NCBI GenBank assembly: GCA_039194995.1
Contig: JBCCVR010000004.1
Location: 1 to 18,882 of the forward strand
Direction of reading: 5' to 3'
DNA: 18,882 nucleotides
Source: Cyanobacteria bacterium P01_E01_bin.42
GTDB lineage: Bacteria; Cyanobacteriota; Cyanobacteriia; Cyanobacteriales; Spirulinaceae
Position numbers and translations under genes: made by a program. Positions within the stretch are counted from its first letter, which is position 1, and each line of letters starts with the position of its first letter. Of this stretch, positions 16,138 to 18,882 are shown piece by piece. The notes under the pieces were generated by a model. It made no database searches. It had not been told where the DNA came from and saw nothing but the letters and a program-made list of their open reading frames with translations.

Positions 16138-17037
16138 ATGCTAAAAATCGAAAATTTAAGTAAATCTTATCAGAAAAGATCTGTTTTGCAAGACTTGAGT
16201 TTTGAGGTGAGAACAGGGGAAATTTATGGGCTTCTCGGTCCGAATGGTGCGGGGAAAACAACAATCATTAATATTTTGTGTAATTTACTGCAACCCGATC
16301 GCGGTACAATTCTACTCAACGAACAGCTCATTTCTCGCACGAATTCGTATCAGATTGGCGTTGCGCCGCAGGAAAACCTACTCTATAAAAGTTTATCCTG
16401 TCGAGAAAATTTACAGTTTTTTGCCCGTCTCTATGGGTTAGATCGACAACAACAACGCGATCGCATTTCAACCGCTTTAGCCGCCGTGAATTTGAGCGAT
16501 CGTGCCAATAGTCTCGTCGAAACCCTCAGTGGTGGTATGAAACGACGTTTAAATCTAGCGATCGCTTTAGTTCACCAACCAAAATTCTTGATATTGGACG
16601 AACCAACAACGGGTTTGGATATTGAAACGCGATATGAATTATGGCATTTAATTCGCCAACTCCAGCAGGAAGGTATGACAATTTTACTGACGACTCATTT
16701 GTTAGATGAAGCTGAAAGACTGTGCGATCGCTTAGCAATTTTACAGGCAGGACAATTGTTGGTAGAGGGAGATTTATGTCACTTGCGCCAATGGGTTAAA
16801 GCCGAGGAAATCGTAACCATAAAAACACCAGAAGAAGATAAAGCGATCGCCCGAGGCAAAGAACTTGGATTTCCTCATCGTTATTATGGTGGCGATTTGG
16901 CTTTTTGGTTGCCAGAAGTGTTGGAATTAACAGAAATTATTGCTTGTTTTGAGAATATTACCTTAAACTCGCTTTCCCGTCAACCTGTTAGTTTAGAACA
17001 TATTTATTTAGAGGTGACCCGCGATCGGATATCATAA
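16138..17037 (+). CDS. ABC transporter ATP-binding protein (ABC-2/DrrA-like), no adjacent permease
   Basis: Walker A GPNGAGKTT. Q-loop. ABC signature LSGGMKRRL. Walker B FLILDEPTTGLD. H-loop LLTTHLL. The track ORF starts at 16069, but the conserved N-terminus MLKIENLSKSYQKRSVL begins at the ATG at 16138. The upstream 23 codons would read through the heptamer repeat. There is a ~80-aa C-terminal extension. Confidence 0.85.
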   Translation: MLKIENLSKSYQKRSVLQDLSFEVRTGEIYGLLGPNGAGKTTIINILCNLLQPDRGTILLNEQLISRTNSYQIGVAPQENLLYKSLSCRENLQFFARLYGLDRQQQRDRISTALAAVNLSDRANSLVETLSGGMKRRLNLAIALVHQPKFLILDEPTTGLDIETRYELWHLIRQLQQEGMTILLTTHLLDEAERLCDRLAILQAGQLLVEGDLCHLRQWVKAEEIVTIKTPEEDKAIARGKELGFPHRYYGGDLAFWLPEVLELTEIIACFENITLNSLSRQPVSLEHIYLEVTRDRIS

Positions 17038-17070
17038 ATAACGTTTTTGCTGGTTCTGGAGAATGTTGGA

Positions 17071-18882
17071 TGAAAACATTACTAATTGATAACTATGATT
17101 CTTATACTTTTAATCTCTATCAACTGATTGCTAAAATTAATAATGAGTTCCCTTTGGTTGTTCCTAACGATCGCCTAAATTGGCAAGAATTAGAAAAACT
17201 GAAATTTGAGAACAAATTTGATAATGTCGTCATTTCACCGGGTCCGGGACATCCTGCTAACCAACGGGATTTTGGAATTTGCAATCGCATCTTAAAAGAG
17301 TTAGAAAAACCAATTTTAGGCGTATGTTTGGGTCATCAAGGAATCGGATATAGTTTTGGCGGTATCGTGACCCATGCCCCAGAAATTAGGCACGGTCGTA
17401 ATAGTCAAATTTATCATCGAGAAGCTGACTTATTTCAAGATATTCCCAATCCTTTTTCCGTCGTCCGCTATCATTCCCTAATCGTCGATCGCAACAGTTT
17501 GCCCGATTGTTTGGAAATAACAGCATGGACGGATCGTGGATTAATTATGGGATTGCGCCACCGCGATCGACCTATTTTTGGCGTTCAGTTTCATCCCGAA
17601 TCAATTTGCACGGAATATGGCGATCGCATTTTAGAAAATTTCAAAAATATTACTTTAAATTATCAAAAATCTATAAACTTTACCCAGCCTCAACCAAAGA
17701 ATCAGTATTTTTCACCAATGCAGAGCGATCCCCCTTTAGTCGATCGCTCTCAGATCGAAATACCTTCCTCAAGATCGTCAGACTTTCAAGTCTTTTACAA
17801 AAAACTGGCGCTTTTTCCTGATTCCGAGAGAGTTTTCGTTCATTTATATGGTGATTATCCTTATGCTTTTTGGCTGGATAGCAGCCAAATTGAAATGGGT
17901 TTATCGCGCTTTTCTTTTATGGGAGACGATCGCAGCCGTCATAGTTTGCGAATTGCCTATAATTGTCGCGATCGCCAGCTAAAAATCACACAGAATAATA
18001 CAATAACTGTTATAAAAGAGAGTATTTTTGATTATCTCCAACGAGAACTCGATCGCCGATTCTGTCAGACCGAAAAATTACCCTTTGATTTTAATTGCGG
18101 ATTTGTCGGTTATTTTGGTTATGAACTCAAATTAGAGTGCGGCGCTCGTTTTTCTCATCCATCTGTATTACCCGATGCGGCTTTTCTCCTTGCAACGCAA
18201 ATCCTTGCTTTCGACCATTACGAAAGAAAAACTTATCTACTGTACTCGGGCAAATCTCATGAAGAAAAAGAGGCAAAAAAATGGTTTAAAATGATGGAAA
18301 CTCGATTGAGGGAACTGCCTCCTCTTCCTGCGCTCGCCTCTCCCCAACGAACAGAACCCATACAATTTTATTTAAGCCGCGATCGGCCAACCTATCTTCA
18401 AAATATCGAACAATGCCTGCAAGAAATTCGCAACGGCGAGAGTTACGAAATTTGTTTGACCAATCGACTTTATACCCATGCGACCCCCGATCCTCTGTCA
18501 TTTTATCGCCATCTCCGGCAGCAAAATCCAGCCCCTTATTCTGGATTTCTCAAGTTTGGGGATTATGCGATCGCCTGCTCTTCTCCAGAACGATTTTTAC
18601 AAATCGATCGCCAACGGTGGGTAGAAACCAAACCCATTAAAGGAACGCTCCCGCGCGGTCAAACACCCACAGAAGATCGTCAAATCGGCGAATATCTGGG
18701 GAAGAGCGAAAAAGATCGCGCCGAGAATCTCATGGTTTTAGACCTGTTGCGGAACGATCTCGGACGAACCTGCGAAGTAGGCAGCATCTGCGTTCCCAAG
18801 CTCATGCAAGTGGAAACTTATGCAACCGTTCATCAATTAGTGAGTACCGTGCGAGGGCGCTTGAGATCCGATCTAAACGCTA
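17071..18882 (+). CDS. pabAB: Fused glutamine amidotransferase + chorismate-binding enzyme, PabB-type (aminodeoxychorismate synthase PabAB), 3' end truncated by window edge
   Basis: Hand translation of frame 1 from the ATG at 17071 (GGAGA 9 nt upstream) runs open to the window end, giving 604 codons. N-terminal class I GATase: LLIDNYDSYTFNLYQ, GVCLGHQ (catalytic Cys), VQFHPES (His/Glu). C-terminal chorismate-utilising domain: SYEICLTNRL, PIKGTLPRG, SEKDRAENLMVLDLLRNDLGR. The PIKGT Lys is the PabB-type residue (TrpE has PIAGT). It is not in the ORF track because the stop lies outside the window. Confidence 0.85.

Noticed and set aside
17507-17821. 104-aa frame-2 ORF inside pabAB
   Set aside because: Frame 1 across the same span is open from 17071 to the window end and carries the GATase and PabB motifs, so the frame-2 ORF is incidental.
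1-18882. CRISPR arrays, transposases, integrases, phage genes
   Set aside because: There are no regularly spaced direct repeats of 25-40 bp. No ORF has DDE, tyrosine-recombinase or phage structural signatures. The repeats present are short STRR/HIP1-type elements.

Overview
This 18.9-kb window reads as cyanobacterial chromosome. The HIP1 octamer GCGATCGC occurs about 40 times by eye, against an expectation of less than one copy at random. STRR-like heptamer tandem repeats sit in the intergenic spacers. Coding density is high, with 19 protein genes on both strands and no rRNA, tRNA, CRISPR array, transposase or integrase that I can support. The gene content is mostly housekeeping: purN, guaA, cbiD, rpsN, a group-2 sigma-70 factor, a Tat-targeted PrxQ peroxiredoxin, an AIM24/DUF124 protein and a GDSL hydrolase. 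Three loci look more accessory. The first is the 5' part of a chemosensory operon on the minus strand at the left edge: a small secreted Cys-containing protein, a CheR methyltransferase with a C-terminal TPR domain (WspC/FrzF-like), and a tandem CheW-CheW protein truncated by the window edge. The second is an orphan MurT-like Mur-ligase (GTNGKTTT P-loop plus a Cys4 zinc ribbon) with no adjacent GatD partner, set between a metallophosphoesterase and a proline-rich membrane protein. The third sits at the right edge: a 4HBT thioesterase divergent from an orphan ABC ATPase, followed by a fused GATase-PabB aminodeoxychorismate synthase with the PabB-type PIKGT motif, truncated by the window edge. 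Other structure includes the same AATAACY heptamer tandem repeat abutting the start codons of two unrelated genes, a decamer tandem repeat with an inverted partner in the 450-bp cbiD-guaA spacer, and a 650-bp structured region upstream of the sigma factor. There are also two bidirectional hairpin terminators and a third hairpin with a T-run just downstream of guaA. I see no canonical defence or mobile system. The novelty candidates are modest and are given as hypotheses with explicit tests.
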